Positions 1 through 10,552 of a DNA stretch of 25,190 bases are shown piece by piece. The translations under genes were made by a program, and so were the position numbers. Source of the stretch: Fidelibacterota bacterium (GTDB taxonomy: Bacteria > Fidelibacterota > Marinisomatia > Marinisomatales > TCS56); the NCBI GenBank assembly GCA_043822705.1, contig JBDRBK010000094.1:1-25190 (forward strand). The letters are read 5' to 3'. The notes beneath the pieces are model-generated. The model ran no database searches. It was not told where the DNA came from and saw only the letters and a list, made by a program, of their open reading frames with translations. Position 1 is the stretch's first letter. Each line of letters opens with the position of its first letter.

Positions 1-3000
1 ACTCACTGGTGGCCCCGACGGTGACATTGACCGGGTCTGACAATGCAAAAATCACCGTTTCCGCGGCTTCGTCCAGCAAGTCGTTGGTCACGGCAAAAGT
101 GAAGGTTTTGGATATCTCACCGGCGGCGAAAGTGGCTGTGCCGGCAGTGTAGCTGAAATCAGTGCCGCCGGCTGTGGCCGTCCCCCCGCTCAGATCATAG
201 TCGACCGTAACAGTCCGCCCGGAAACCGGGGACAGGTTGATCGTTACGGTAACCGGTGTTGTGGCCTCACCCCCGCTGGCTGTGGCCGTCGAAAAATTCA
301 CCAGCGGTAAATCGTCGTTATCGGTAATTGTATAAGTATAACTGGTGTTTGTGCCCAGCGCAGCCGCCACCGGGCTGGAGATATCGACAATAATCGTTTC
401 CGCATCCTCATCCAGAGCATCGTCCTCGATATCGATCGTAACGGTGGTAGTGGTGGTCCCGGCAGTGATCGTAGCGGTACCCGATGCCAGGGTATAATCG
501 GTTCCGCTGCCGGCAGCAGTACCCCCGCTAACAGCATAATCGACCGTCACGTTGCGGCCGGAAACGGCGCTGATTTGCAGACCCAGATTAACACTGGCGG
601 TTCCTTCTCCACCGCTGGAACTGGTAGCTGTAAACTGGACTGTCGGTGGATCATCATTATCGGTTATGGTCAGGGTGTGACTGCTGATCGTCCCCAGATC
701 GGCGCTGTCCGGGCTGGACAGACCAATAATTACCGTTTCGCTCGCTTCATCCAGCAAATCATCGTTGATGGTCACATCGATCGTGGTCGAGGTGGCGCCG
801 GCGGCGATGGTGGCTGTTCCCGCGGCCAGGGTATAATCGACACCGGCCGGACTGGCGGTTCCGCCGGTTACGGCATAATCAACCGACACTTCCTTGCCGG
901 ATACAGCGTTGAGCTGAACCGTGATCGATTTGGGGGACACTTCTTCACTGACTGTCGAAGTGGCGTTGGCAAAGGCCACCTTGACCGGATTATCATTATC
1001 GGTAATGGTCAGCGTGTGAACGGTGTTTACTCCGAGGGTGGCGTTGGTTGGCGCTGCCAGGGTCACCACCACTGTTTCGTCGCGCTCATCCAGGGTGTCG
1101 TCAGTAATTGTCACCGGAACCGTGACAGTCGAGAGTCCGGCGGTGATCGTGGCCGTACCGCTGGCCAGGGTATAATCCACCCCGGCGCCGCTGGCGTTCC
1201 CGCCGGTCACGGAATAATTCGTACTGGCATTCAAACCGGAAACGGCCGATAGCCGTACCGTCAGGTTTTTCGTCCCTGCGGCTTCATCAGCAGTTGATGA
1301 CGTCAGACTGAAATCAATGGTCGGTGCCGTCTCATTATCAGTGATCGTATAGGTGTGAACGGTCGTTCCACCTAAGGCCGAGTTGGTCGGATTGGACAGG
1401 GTTAAAATAATCGTCTCACTGTTTTCCAGCAGGGCATCATCGACAATCGTTGCTTGAACTGTAGTCGAGGTGGCGGCGGCGGTGATTGTGGCGGTACCAT
1501 TTGCCAGGGTATAATCGACACCACCGCCGCTGGCGGTTCCGGTCAGGGCGTAATCGACCGTTGCGGCCAGACCGGAAATATCGGAAAGGTTGATCGTAAT
1601 CGTCGCCGGTGTGGAATTTTCGGCGCCGCTGGATGTCGCACTGGAAAAATATATCGTCGGCGTCGGATCGTCGTCGGCAATGGTATAGGTATGGGTGAAA
1701 TTAGCTCCCACGGTGGCGTTGGTGGGACCCGATAATTCCACTTCGATGGTCTCGTCGTCTTCAAAAATGGCGTCATTATTGATGATAATATTGATCAGGG
1801 TCGAGGTTGCTCCGGCGGTAATCGTGGCGGTGCCACTAGCCAGGGTATAATCGGTGCCGCTGCCGCTGGCGGTGCCACCGGTGGCGGCATAGCCGACGGT
1901 GACATTACGGGCCGATGCAGCGCTGAGCTGGACCGTCAGACTGACCGGCGAGGTCGCCTCGGAACCGGTGCTGGTGGTGCTGGAAAAAGCAATCGATGGC
2001 GACGCATCATTGTCGGAAATCGTCAGCGTATATTCATCGGCGGCGCTCAAAGTGGCGTTGGTGGCACCCGACAGGGCCAGAATCACGGTTTCCTCATCCA
2101 CCTCATCGAGCACGTCATTTGTGACGGTCAATGATATGGTCGTACTGCTGGCCCCGGCGACGATGGTGGCTGTGCCTGGTGTATAGGAATAATCGCTGCC
2201 GTCGGTGGCTGTACCACCAGTCAGGGCATGATCGACCGTAATCGTTCTTCCCGATATCGCTGACAGGCTGATCGTCAGTGTAACGGCACCCTGGTCCTCG
2301 GTTACGGTTGAACTGGTGGTTGAAAAACCAACCGTAGGCGCGTTATCATTATCTGTGATCGTGTAGGTGTGGGTCGATTGGGTACCCAGGGTGGCATTAG
2401 TGGGATTTGACAGCGTCAGGATGATCGTTTCGTCGGCCTCGTCCAGCAGATCGTTAACGATCGGTATTGAAATATTTCCGGAGGTGGAACCGGCTGTGAT
2501 CGTCAGTGTTCCGTTGACCAGGGTATAGTCGGTACCGCTGCCGGTAGCCGTACCCGATACGGCGTAGTCGACTGTGGCATTCAATCCCGATAACTGGGAA
2601 GAAACAACGATTCCGGCCGGTGATGCTGCCTCGGAGCCGCTGGATGTTTCGGCGGCGAACTGCAGCGACGGCGGACTGGTGGTATTATTAATGGTGTAGG
2701 TGTACTGGGTCGTCGCTCCCAGGGTGGCGTTGACCGGATTCGATATATCAATGATTATAGTTTCGTTATTCTCATACAGGGCGTCGGTGTTGATCCCTGT
2801 GATACTAATATCCGTGTATTGTTGACCGGCTGTGAAGGAGGCGCTGCCGGCAGCCAGCACATAATCGGTGCCACCACCGGTAGCGGTGCTGGAGCCATTG
2901 ATCGAATAACTGACCGATACCGTTCGTCCTGATACCGCCGAGAGTCCCAGTTGAATATTGGCCGTGCCGACACCCTCATTCCCGCTGCCACTACTGGAAG

Positions 3001-3784
3001 TAAAGGCCACGGTCGGGGAATCGTCGTTATCGATAATACTGAACGTGTGGGTCGAGTCATCCCCGATCGTCACATTGACCGGGGTGCGCAGAGCAAAAAT
3101 TATCGTCTCGTCATCCTCGTCGAGAGCGTCTTCGTTAACATAAGTGGAAATATTCTGGGTAGTACTACCCGGAGAAAAGGTCAACTGCGTCGACATGTAG
3201 GCATCATAATCCACGCCTGAACCGGTGGCGGTGCCCCCGGTGACCTGGAAATTGAGAGTGATGGTCTTGCCCGAGGCCGCTGACAGCGCCACTGCCACCG
3301 ACGACCAGTCCGTGTCTTCCTGGTCGGAGGAACTGGATTGGGTAAAAGTGACCTCGGGTGCGGCATCATCATCGTTGATTGTGAATGTATAAGTAGTGGG
3401 GCTGGCCAGCGAACCCTGGCTGGGATTTGCCAGCGTCAGGATGAAAGTTTCATTGTCCTCGTCGCGAATATCGTCGACTACGGTGAAGGTAATGCTCTTG
3501 ATGGAATCGTTGTTTGCACCAAACACAATGGTTGTGTTAGACCAGCTGACGTCGCCGGTCGAGGCCGTGCTGGAATTACTACGCTGGACTTCGACACTGA
3601 CATTGCCAAGCGCCAGATCGAGGGCGCTGTAGCCGTTGGCGACCAGTTGGACCGTTTGCGTACCTGAGGTATTTTCGGCGCCACTGGTGCTGGTTGACAA
3701 GAACTTGATTGTTTCAGCCGGTGTAAAACCGGTCAACACAAACAACAGTACTGGAATCAATCGATATTTGAAGTGGCTGTTCAT
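1..3784 (-). CDS. Large secreted/surface protein with about 11 tandem Calx-beta domains (3'-partial, runs off the window's left edge)
   Basis: Not in the ORF track. Read by hand from ATG 3784: MNSHFKYRLIPVLLFVLTGFTPAETIKF (signal peptide), then open to position 2 (...VNVTVGATSE). About 114-aa repeats with motifs such as VDYAVTGGTA..G.DYTLASGTATITAG, DDALDEDAETII..LS.P.NA.LG and HTYTITDND. Confidence 0.93.
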   Translation of the reverse strand, partial: MNSHFKYRLIPVLLFVLTGFTPAETIKFLSTSTSGAENTSGTQTVQLVANGYSALDLALGNVSVEVQRSNSSTASTGDVSWSNTTIVFGANNDSIKSITFTVVDDIRDEDNETFILTLANPSQGSLASPTTYTFTINDDDAAPEVTFTQSSSSDQEDTDWSSVAVALSAASGKTITLNFQVTGGTATGSGVDYDAYMSTQLTFSPGSTTQNISTYVNEDALDEDDETIIFALRTPVNVTIGDDSTHTFSIIDNDDSPTVAFTSSSGSGNEGVGTANIQLGLSAVSGRTVSVSYSINGSSTATGGGTDYVLAAGSASFTAGQQYTDISITGINTDALYENNETIIIDISNPVNATLGATTQYTYTINNTTSPPSLQFAAETSSGSEAASPAGIVVSSQLSGLNATVDYAVSGTATGSGTDYTLVNGTLTITAGSTSGNISIPIVNDLLDEADETIILTLSNPTNATLGTQSTHTYTITDNDNAPTVGFSTTSSTVTEDQGAVTLTISLSAISGRTITVDHALTGGTATDGSDYSYTPGTATIVAGASSTTISLTVTNDVLDEVDEETVILALSGATNATLSAADEYTLTISDNDASPSIAFSSTTSTGSEATSPVSLTVQLSAASARNVTVGYAATGGTASGSGTDYTLASGTATITAGATSTLINIIINNDAIFEDDETIEVELSGPTNATVGANFTHTYTIADDDPTPTIYFSSATSSGAENSTPATITINLSDISGLAATVDYALTGTASGGGVDYTLANGTATITAAATSTTVQATIVDDALLENSETIILTLSNPTNSALGGTTVHTYTITDNETAPTIDFSLTSSTADEAAGTKNLTVRLSAVSGLNASTNYSVTGGNASGAGVDYTLASGTATITAGLSTVTVPVTITDDTLDERDETVVVTLAAPTNATLGVNTVHTLTITDNDNPVKVAFANATSTVSEEVSPKSITVQLNAVSGKEVSVDYAVTGGTASPAGVDYTLAAGTATIAAGATSTTIDVTINDDLLDEASETVIIGLSSPDSADLGTISSHTLTITDNDDPPTVQFTATSSSGGEGTASVNLGLQISAVSGRNVTVDYAVSGGTAAGSGTDYTLASGTATITAGTTTTTVTIDIEDDALDEDAETIIVDISSPVAAALGTNTSYTYTITDNDDLPLVNFSTATASGGEATTPVTVTINLSPVSGRTVTVDYDLSGGTATAGGTDFSYTAGTATFAAGEISKTFTFAVTNDLLDEAAETVIFALSDPVNVTVGATSE

Positions 3785-3799
3785 CGATAAATCCAGTAA

Positions 3800-4639
3800 T
3801 TAAAAATTAATTCCGATGGTGAATACTCCGTCCAGCCAACTGGCTGTGCCGATTTCGTTATTGTTAGAGTCGATCACGCCCGCGGCGCTGGTGCCCCGCA
3901 CACCTACCCGTAGATCAAGGATATTTCCCAATGCCAGACCGTAGCTGGTTTCCGCAAAATAGCCATAATAATCGCCGATCTTCCCTCCGCCTAACTTGAC
4001 CTGACCGGGTCCCGCCGGGAAAGACAGCAAGCCAACGATCGTATTACCGTCGTAGGTCCCCCCCGACGGCAGATAGTTTTCAAAGGAAAAAGTGCCGAAT
4101 TCAAATCCAAGGCGGAACTGGAGGCCGAAAAGCCGCATCAACATCGGCAATTCGATGCCAATTCGATAATCGGCGTAAGAATTATAAGTCATCAGCCCAT
4201 GATTAACAAAACCGGGCGAAGCATAGGAAATATTGAGGCTGAAACCCATTCGCTGGGCACGCTCGACTAATTCGGCACTGGATATTACATCAGCGCCGCG
4301 GTCTTCTACATATTCGCCGCTGGTCTCGTCAAATTCATAATACCCCTCCTCTTCCTGATACTCTTCGCCTTCGTCGTAGTACTCTTCGTCGGTGTATTCC
4401 TCATCGTAATATTCTTCTTCCGAGTACCCGGTTGTATCATCTTCGGTATATTCTTCATCGTAATATTCGTCGCCGGTTTCATCGTATTCACCTTCATCCC
4501 AGAAGTAAGTCGAATCATCTTCGGCATAATAATCATCCTGTGCAATTGCCGGTGAATTCAATAATAACAATACCATAGACAAGTACGGCAACAGGCGCAA
4601 CAACGGTGCTCCGCGTCGTAATATTTTTCTCCGCTTCAT
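3800..4639 (-). CDS. Secreted protein with Asp/Glu/Tyr-rich N-terminal tract and probable C-terminal outer-membrane beta-barrel
   Basis: ORF track 3800..4684. ATG 4639 preferred because AAGGGGA lies just upstream. Basic N-terminus plus hydrophobic signal (..SPAIA/QDD), EEYYDE-type repeats, alternating beta-strand pattern ending in GVFTIGINF. Confidence 0.75.
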   Translation of the reverse strand: MKRRKILRRGAPLLRLLPYLSMVLLLLNSPAIAQDDYYAEDDSTYFWDEGEYDETGDEYYDEEYTEDDTTGYSEEEYYDEEYTDEEYYDEGEEYQEEEGYYEFDETSGEYVEDRGADVISSAELVERAQRMGFSLNISYASPGFVNHGLMTYNSYADYRIGIELPMLMRLFGLQFRLGFEFGTFSFENYLPSGGTYDGNTIVGLLSFPAGPGQVKLGGGKIGDYYGYFAETSYGLALGNILDLRVGVRGTSAAGVIDSNNNEIGTASWLDGVFTIGINF

Positions 4640-4865
4640 ATCATCCCCTTGATGAACAGACGTAACATACTGTTCTTTAATCAAATTGGGTTTACCCTTA
4701 CCTCGCCTACTTTACGCAAGTGGGCTTGGAAAATATAAGGTACAGGGGCGCATCAATGCAATCATTTCGATAAGAATGTGAGCCGGCCGACAATCCGGTC
4801 ATAAAATTGTCTCAAAGCGGTAATACTTAACTTATCAATAGTATCCTGGCGGACCACCCACCTGA

Positions 4866-6554
4866 TTATTGTCCACGTTCGATTTTCGCCCAACTATCTC
4901 GCAGCGGAACGGTCCGATTGAATACCAGCTTCTCATCTGTAGCGTCGTCTTTATCGACAAAAAAGTAACCGTGACGGATGAATTGGAAACGCTGGCCCGG
5001 TTCTGCCAGAGCCAGACTTGGTTCAACCAGGGCGGTGAGCACTTCCAGCGAATCGGGATTTAGATTGACGGTGAAATCTTCACCTTCCGCCACCTGGTTG
5101 GGATTGGCTTTATTGAACAAGCGGTCGTAAATCCGGACTTCCGCTGGCAGTGCCTGAGCCGCCGATACCCAATGCAGTGTACCTTTTACTTTACGGTTGG
5201 CCTGATCGCCGCCGCTGCGCGAGTCAGGATCATAGCTGCAATGCAGCTCCCTGATTTCACCGCTGTTTTCATCTTTGAGGACACTATCGCAGCGAATAAT
5301 ATAGGCATGTTTCAGACGAACTTCCTTCCCCGGGGCCAGCCGGAAAAACTTTTTGTGCGGTTCTTCCTGAAAATCATCTTGCTCGATAAACAGCTCGCGA
5401 CTAAATGGCACCGGGCGGATTCCAGCCTCGGGATCTTCGGGATTGTTGACCGCTTCCAGGTATTCCACCTGCCCTGCAGGATAATTATCAATAACCAGTT
5501 TCAGCGGCTGCAGTACTGCCATCACCCGAATAGCTGTGAGATTCAATTCTTCTCGAATATAATGTTCAAGCAGGGCGATATCAGCGATATTGTCTTTTTT
5601 GGCAATCCCGACCCGGTCACAGAAATTCCTGATAGCGGCCGGCGTATAACCGCGACGTCGCAAACCTGAAAGGGTTGGCATCCGGGGATCATCCCAGCCA
5701 GAAACATAACCACCCTGGACCAGCAATAACAACTTGCGCTTGCTTAACAAGGTATAGCTGAGGTTCAGCCGGGCAAATTCGATCTGCTGTGGCTGAAACA
5801 CTCCTAATTGGACCAAAAACCAATCGTACAACGGTCGATGCGACTCAAATTCCAGCGTACACAAGGAATGGGTAATTCGTTCGATCGAGTCCTCGAGTCC
5901 ATGCGCCCAATCATACATTGGATAGATACACCAGGTACTCCCGGTCCGGGGATGACTGGTGTGCAGGATGCGGTAGATCACCGGGTCGCGCAGATTCAGA
6001 TTAGGCGAGGCCATCTCGATTTTGGCCCGCAGGACACGACTGCCGTCCGCGAATTCCCCGGCCCGCATCCGCCGGAACAGACCCAGGTTTTCCGCCACGG
6101 GGCGCTCGCGGTAGGGACTGTCCTGACCGGGTTCGGTCAGCGTTCCCCGATACTCCCGGATTTCATCGCCGGACAGGTCACAGACATAAGCCTTGCCGGC
6201 CAGGATTAACTGTTCGGCCAATTGGTATAACTGTTCAAAATAGTCGGAGGCGAAGAATAACCGATCCTGCCAGTCATAACCTAACCAGCGGACATCCTCG
6301 ATGATCGACCGGATATACTCCTCTTCTTCTTTGATAGGGTTGGTATCGTCGAAGCGTAGATTGCACAGGCCGCCGTATTCATCGGCAATCCCGAAGTTCA
6401 GTACGATCGATTTGGCATGTCCGATATGCAGGTAACCGTTCGGCTCGGGTGGGAAACGGGTGTGTACCCGGCCTTTGTTTTTACCCTGTTCGAGGTCGCG
6501 GTCGATGATTTCCTTGATAAAATTAGCGGCTTTTTTAGGCTGTTCTTCTGTCAT
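4866..6554 (-). CDS. glnS: Glutamine--tRNA ligase
   Basis: [19 protein letters not shown] (HIGH), [14 protein letters not shown] (KMSKS equivalent), [43 protein letters not shown]. Confidence 0.98.
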   Translation of the reverse strand: MTEEQPKKAANFIKEIIDRDLEQGKNKGRVHTRFPPEPNGYLHIGHAKSIVLNFGIADEYGGLCNLRFDDTNPIKEEEEYIRSIIEDVRWLGYDWQDRLFFASDYFEQLYQLAEQLILAGKAYVCDLSGDEIREYRGTLTEPGQDSPYRERPVAENLGLFRRMRAGEFADGSRVLRAKIEMASPNLNLRDPVIYRILHTSHPRTGSTWCIYPMYDWAHGLEDSIERITHSLCTLEFESHRPLYDWFLVQLGVFQPQQIEFARLNLSYTLLSKRKLLLLVQGGYVSGWDDPRMPTLSGLRRRGYTPAAIRNFCDRVGIAKKDNIADIALLEHYIREELNLTAIRVMAVLQPLKLVIDNYPAGQVEYLEAVNNPEDPEAGIRPVPFSRELFIEQDDFQEEPHKKFFRLAPGKEVRLKHAYIIRCDSVLKDENSGEIRELHCSYDPDSRSGGDQANRKVKGTLHWVSAAQALPAEVRIYDRLFNKANPNQVAEGEDFTVNLNPDSLEVLTALVEPSLALAEPGQRFQFIRHGYFFVDKDDATDEKLVFNRTVPLRDSWAKIERGQ

Positions 6555-6652
6555 GATTCCATTGTGTGAGTGAAAAGGAAATTAGTATTGTCAGAAATGT
6601 ACGCGGGAATTTACAATTTTCCGCGGTCGAATCCAGCGGACTATCGTCTGTG

Positions 6653-7306
6653 TTACTTCATTTGTTGATGAGTAGATACAGCGATAAACCACTGGGCGGT
6701 AAAATAGGTACTCAGGATGTAAGCCCTGGCAAATTCAAATGGCTCGCGGAACCGATTGAAAGCGTGCAATGTATCCGACAGGATAAATAGTCCGGCGCCA
6801 ACCAGTGCCAGCAAGGCGGCGCGATCCCGATAATATCTCCAGCGCTCCAAAGCCTGCCAGCCCATAATCAGGATCACAGCGATATATACCAGAACCGGTA
6901 TTTTCAGCGCTCCCAGAAAGGCCGCCAGGGACATAAATATAATCAGACCATAAACCGCAAACGGAATCAGCGTGAGCCAGCCAGAACGTACGGACCGGCC
7001 TCGAACGAAAGCAAAAATATAAATAATATGGGCAATCAGAAAGGATATCAAGCCGACTCTAAATAGATCAAACGGCAACATCAGAAATATATCACCTGCC
7101 AGCGAGAACAGGAGTCCGCCGATAATCGCGGACCGGTAGACGGCGCTGACCGGATCTTTAGCCAGCAGTACTATTCCGATGATCAGCAACATTGTCGTCG
7201 GTTTGGCAAGATACAGCAGCAGGTCCAATTCCAGTAATTCCGCACTGATCGTCAGAATTGCCGCTAATGCCGCCAGAAAAGTTATCAGCAGAATCTTTTT
7301 ATCCAC
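6653..7306 (-). CDS. YhhN family membrane protein (lysoplasmalogenase-like)
   Basis: KP motif, GLLFSLAGDIFLM, GLISFLIAHIIY, GAGLFILSD, STYFTAQWFI. GTG 7306 preceded by AAGGGAGG. Confidence 0.88.
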   Translation of the reverse strand: MDKKILLITFLAALAAILTISAELLELDLLLYLAKPTTMLLIIGIVLLAKDPVSAVYRSAIIGGLLFSLAGDIFLMLPFDLFRVGLISFLIAHIIYIFAFVRGRSVRSGWLTLIPFAVYGLIIFMSLAAFLGALKIPVLVYIAVILIMGWQALERWRYYRDRAALLALVGAGLFILSDTLHAFNRFREPFEFARAYILSTYFTAQWFIAVSTHQQMK

Positions 7307-7352
7307 TGTCAGCCTCCCTTGGTAAAATGGATTTGAGTTGTCGGATATTGTC

Positions 7353-7787
7353 TTAAAATTGATCCGCAACTGCCTGGTTTAATATTTTCTGGGCTTCGAT
7401 TAATTTTTTGTACTTGCTCTCTATTTTTTCAATATTTTTAGATAAAATTGCTTTTAATAGATCGCCTTCTATTTCCGCGACATCGATTCTTCGATAGTAG
7501 TCCATAGTCTCTTTAAGGTGGGCGAGGACAATTTTACCTGTCAGAATTGGATGATTGTTGGTTACGTTGGCGTCTTTGAATCTTGTCCCATGTTCAAACT
7601 CGACTTCCAAGCCTTTTCGAAATTCCTCAAGCGGGATCGCCATTTTTTCCGTATTTACAGCATCAAGAATCAGGGCTGCTTCCTCGTCAGAAACAACTGG
7701 ATCCGTTATTTCCGTCCAGTCCCGTAACCCCATCTCCCGGCAGACTCTTTTGACTTCTTCACCTGTAACATATTCCGGTAACTTCAT
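7353..7787 (-). CDS. DUF5661-like protein
   Basis: GLEVEFEHG...NVTN..PILTGKIVLAHLKE..DYY pattern; AAGGAG RBS upstream. Confidence 0.75.
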   Translation of the reverse strand: MKLPEYVTGEEVKRVCREMGLRDWTEITDPVVSDEEAALILDAVNTEKMAIPLEEFRKGLEVEFEHGTRFKDANVTNNHPILTGKIVLAHLKETMDYYRRIDVAEIEGDLLKAILSKNIEKIESKYKKLIEAQKILNQAVADQF

Positions 7788-7909
7788 GATATTCTCCTTT
7801 TTTTCACCGTACCAGGGAGCGGTTGAGCCGCGCTACTCTACCCACAGGATTGTCATGTGGATGATGGGTCAGCCTACCCAGTTTTTCAATATTTATGAAC
7901 ATCTTATCA

Positions 7910-8572
7910 TCAAGATAATTGACCAACCAATTTTATATTATTCAACTGAGCTTCTATTACAGCCGCTTTAAGCTCAAAAAAATTAACGGAACCACCACTT
8001 ATTCTATCAAGACTTTTTAGAGTAATAGAATGTTGACTTCTTTTCCGCTGATTCAGAACTTCAGTGGGTAAAACAAAAAACTCCCATTGCTTCAAATTTA
8101 GTGGATCAATCGTCATTTTGTCTTTGTGGGATAAAAGAGCAAAAACATAAACATCTGCCGGGCGTTTTGCCACGCCTTCACGACGATTTGTATTCGCTTC
8201 CCACACTAACTTCTTTTGTACACGAAAACTGATATGCGAAAGTTTATGTTGATGCCAACTTTGCACATACGCAGCGGATTTCACTTCTATTTTTATTCCA
8301 TCATCAGTTTCAAGATCATATGGCTCCCATTCATTTCTAACTCCACTTGAAATGTTGCCCATTCCTTTTGCAACAATAAATTCGGCTAAAATACCTCTGG
8401 TTGTATTGCTGATAAAATCAGAAGCACTCCATATCCAAAATGAAAGCAAATCAATGTCTACACTTTCGCCATCATAATGAAGTTTTTCATTTCCTGATTT
8501 CGGATGAATTCTTATACGTTCTAAACTTGTTAACATAATTAATCTTATCGATTTATCCGAGTATATCAGCAT
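7910..8572 (-). CDS. Hypothetical protein with PD-(D/E)xK-like nuclease motif
   Basis: TRGILAEFIVA...YDLET.DGIKIEVKSAAY (D...EVK); visibly AT-rich. Alternative start at 8536. Confidence 0.65.
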   Translation of the reverse strand: MLIYSDKSIRLIMLTSLERIRIHPKSGNEKLHYDGESVDIDLLSFWIWSASDFISNTTRGILAEFIVAKGMGNISSGVRNEWEPYDLETDDGIKIEVKSAAYVQSWHQHKLSHISFRVQKKLVWEANTNRREGVAKRPADVYVFALLSHKDKMTIDPLNLKQWEFFVLPTEVLNQRKRSQHSITLKSLDRISGGSVNFFELKAAVIEAQLNNIKLVGQLS

Positions 8573-8611
8573 ACCGGAAGCTGAGCTGCCAGGCGGTCGG
8601 CTTGTGCCGCC

Positions 8612-8998
8612 TCATTGTGGCAGCTTTGTTCGGATTACTTTCACCACAATTCCCGAAGCCGTGGGGTCAATGCAACGGACATACTCGGTGGTAATCCCCG
8701 CGGGGTCAATGACTTTCTCATAAGGCGTGGCTTCATACTGCCACCCCAGGGTTTTTCCGGCACTTAACGCTGCAATGATGCCGCGCAGGCTGTCCTGCAA
8801 CCAGGGACACAGTAATTCAGCTTCGCCGGGATAGGCGAACCGGCGGCCGACATCGTAACTCCGTTGCCCGTCGCCACGATACATCCAGGCACAGATTCCT
8901 TCCTTGATGACATCAGGATAGATGATAGTGTCTCCATCCTTGCGCAACTGCCCGCCTTTGCCCTCGTATATCTCGATCTCGATCTTGTAGTCACTCAT
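8612..8998 (-). CDS. Small Cys-containing hypothetical protein (TIGR04076-like)
   Basis: GAGGGAG RBS; CAW...CPW...CIDP cysteine spacing. The family call is by resemblance only. Confidence 0.55.
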   Translation of the reverse strand: MSDYKIEIEIYEGKGGQLRKDGDTIIYPDVIKEGICAWMYRGDGQRSYDVGRRFAYPGEAELLCPWLQDSLRGIIAALSAGKTLGWQYEATPYEKVIDPAGITTEYVRCIDPTASGIVVKVIRTKLPQ

Positions 8999-9090
8999 AA
9001 TGTGGCTCCCTCAATATGCCAATCTCAAATTATTCGTAAGCATGCTGCCGGTATTATCCAGTCGATTGGATATTATACACATCTATCGGA

Positions 9091-9645
9091 TCACTTCACC
9101 AAAGATTCGAAGTAGTCACGGTTGAAGTAGAGATATAGCAGGAATCCCCACCAGCAGGCGAGCGTCAGCACGACCGCCAGATCCACTGCCAGCCGGACGG
9201 TACTCTGACCTCCCGCGCCCAACAGTGTTCCATATTCGCCCAGCGCGCGCGTGACCGCCTGACCATCAAGCAGGTATAGAATCCTGTCCAGGGTATAGGA
9301 AATGGTCCCCGCGCACATGAACCGAAAGCCCCAAGACTTCGCGGTCCACAGGCTAATGCCCATCCCAAGGAATAGTCCGATGAACAACAGATGGTAAACG
9401 ACCGCCGCAACTCCACTGCGAACATCTCCGAACAACGGAACGGGAGAAGTAATCGACAGGACTTCAACGGCTGCGGAAGCCAGGAAAAAGACTGCTGCCG
9501 TGCGAATGGTGAATCTTGATGTGGACGTTCTGGCGGTTGATGAAGTGACCGGGTGTCTCCACTTACCCTTGTCCTTCACCGCGGCACAGAAACGGCATAG
9601 GACTGCTTCATCCTGGATCTCTTCGGCACAGTAAGGACATTTCAT
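9091..9645 (-). CDS. Zinc-ribbon domain membrane protein
   Basis: N-terminal CPYCAEEIQDEAVLCRFC followed by about 4 hydrophobic segments; GAGGTG RBS. Confidence 0.8.
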   Translation of the reverse strand: MKCPYCAEEIQDEAVLCRFCAAVKDKGKWRHPVTSSTARTSTSRFTIRTAAVFFLASAAVEVLSITSPVPLFGDVRSGVAAVVYHLLFIGLFLGMGISLWTAKSWGFRFMCAGTISYTLDRILYLLDGQAVTRALGEYGTLLGAGGQSTVRLAVDLAVVLTLACWWGFLLYLYFNRDYFESLVK

Positions 9646-9706
9646 CGGTTACACCTCAGTGGTTTGTCAGACTATTATGCACTAAGTACTCAAGCTGAAT
9701 GCCATG

Positions 9707-10552
9707 TTATACAGCATCTTGCCTGGAAAACAACCAGGTTTTGGCAAAAGCTGTAATAAGAATAGCAACAATAACTACTGAGATTACATTCACAATGTAA
9801 GGCACCCAGGTGCCGCCCAACACCGGTTGGGTGAAAGCTGCAATAGTGCTACCACTGGCTGTGAACGATGCGTGCATCACGATCATCATCCATAAACTCT
9901 GATTCATAGCATTATATACCCAGGTGAATATTACGGAAGCAGCCGTTAACAGCAGTACATACAGCACAAATTCAACCAGGAAATACATACCTGTTTGTGA
10001 CGAAACCCAATAGATTATTGGTAAGTGCCACAAGCCCCAGAATACACCGATTATCAGACTTGAGCTGAAGGGGCTTTTTGTCTGCTGTAGTCTGGTCAAA
10101 GCATATCCCCGCCAGCCCAGCTCTTCACCGAAACCGCTGATAAAAATGGCGGGAATGAACATCAGCGCTAAGTTCATGATGCTGAAGCTGGCAATATTTC
10201 CTCCGAGCAGGGCGTAAACAAAAAGTCCGGGCAGCAGAGCGCCGAGCGGCACGAGCAAAACGACAATATACCAGATCAATCCGGCGCGATGAGGGAGTAA
10301 CCGCTTAAGTGCACCGCGGAGTTCACTGCGTTTCCCGGCGAACACCCATAGCAAAACTGCCGCCAGTGTAGGGCCAAAGTTGCCGAGAACCTGCAACAGC
10401 AGCAAGGGTGAGCCCCTCAAATCCGGGTTTGATACGATAGCTGCAGCGGAAGGGCCAAAGATAACGAATGGTATCCAGAATGCCCATGTGATCAGATAGG
10501 CCAGAACAAAAAAGGCGATGGATGAATGTTTCAATTCTGATATTGTTGACAT
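9707..10552 (-). CDS. CPBP family intramembrane glutamic endopeptidase (CAAX/Abi)
   Basis: GEELGWRGY, GVFWGLWHLP, MHAS motifs; multiple TM helices; GGAGGTGGAG RBS. Confidence 0.93.
   Translation of the reverse strand: MSTISELKHSSIAFFVLAYLITWAFWIPFVIFGPSAAAIVSNPDLRGSPLLLLQVLGNFGPTLAAVLLWVFAGKRSELRGALKRLLPHRAGLIWYIVVLLVPLGALLPGLFVYALLGGNIASFSIMNLALMFIPAIFISGFGEELGWRGYALTRLQQTKSPFSSSLIIGVFWGLWHLPIIYWVSSQTGMYFLVEFVLYVLLLTAASVIFTWVYNAMNQSLWMMIVMHASFTASGSTIAAFTQPVLGGTWVPYIVNVISVVIVAILITAFAKTWLFSRQDAV

Noticed and set aside
298..3684. Many short ORFs on both strands in the first 3.7 kb
   Set aside because: Shadow frames of the single long Calx-beta CDS.
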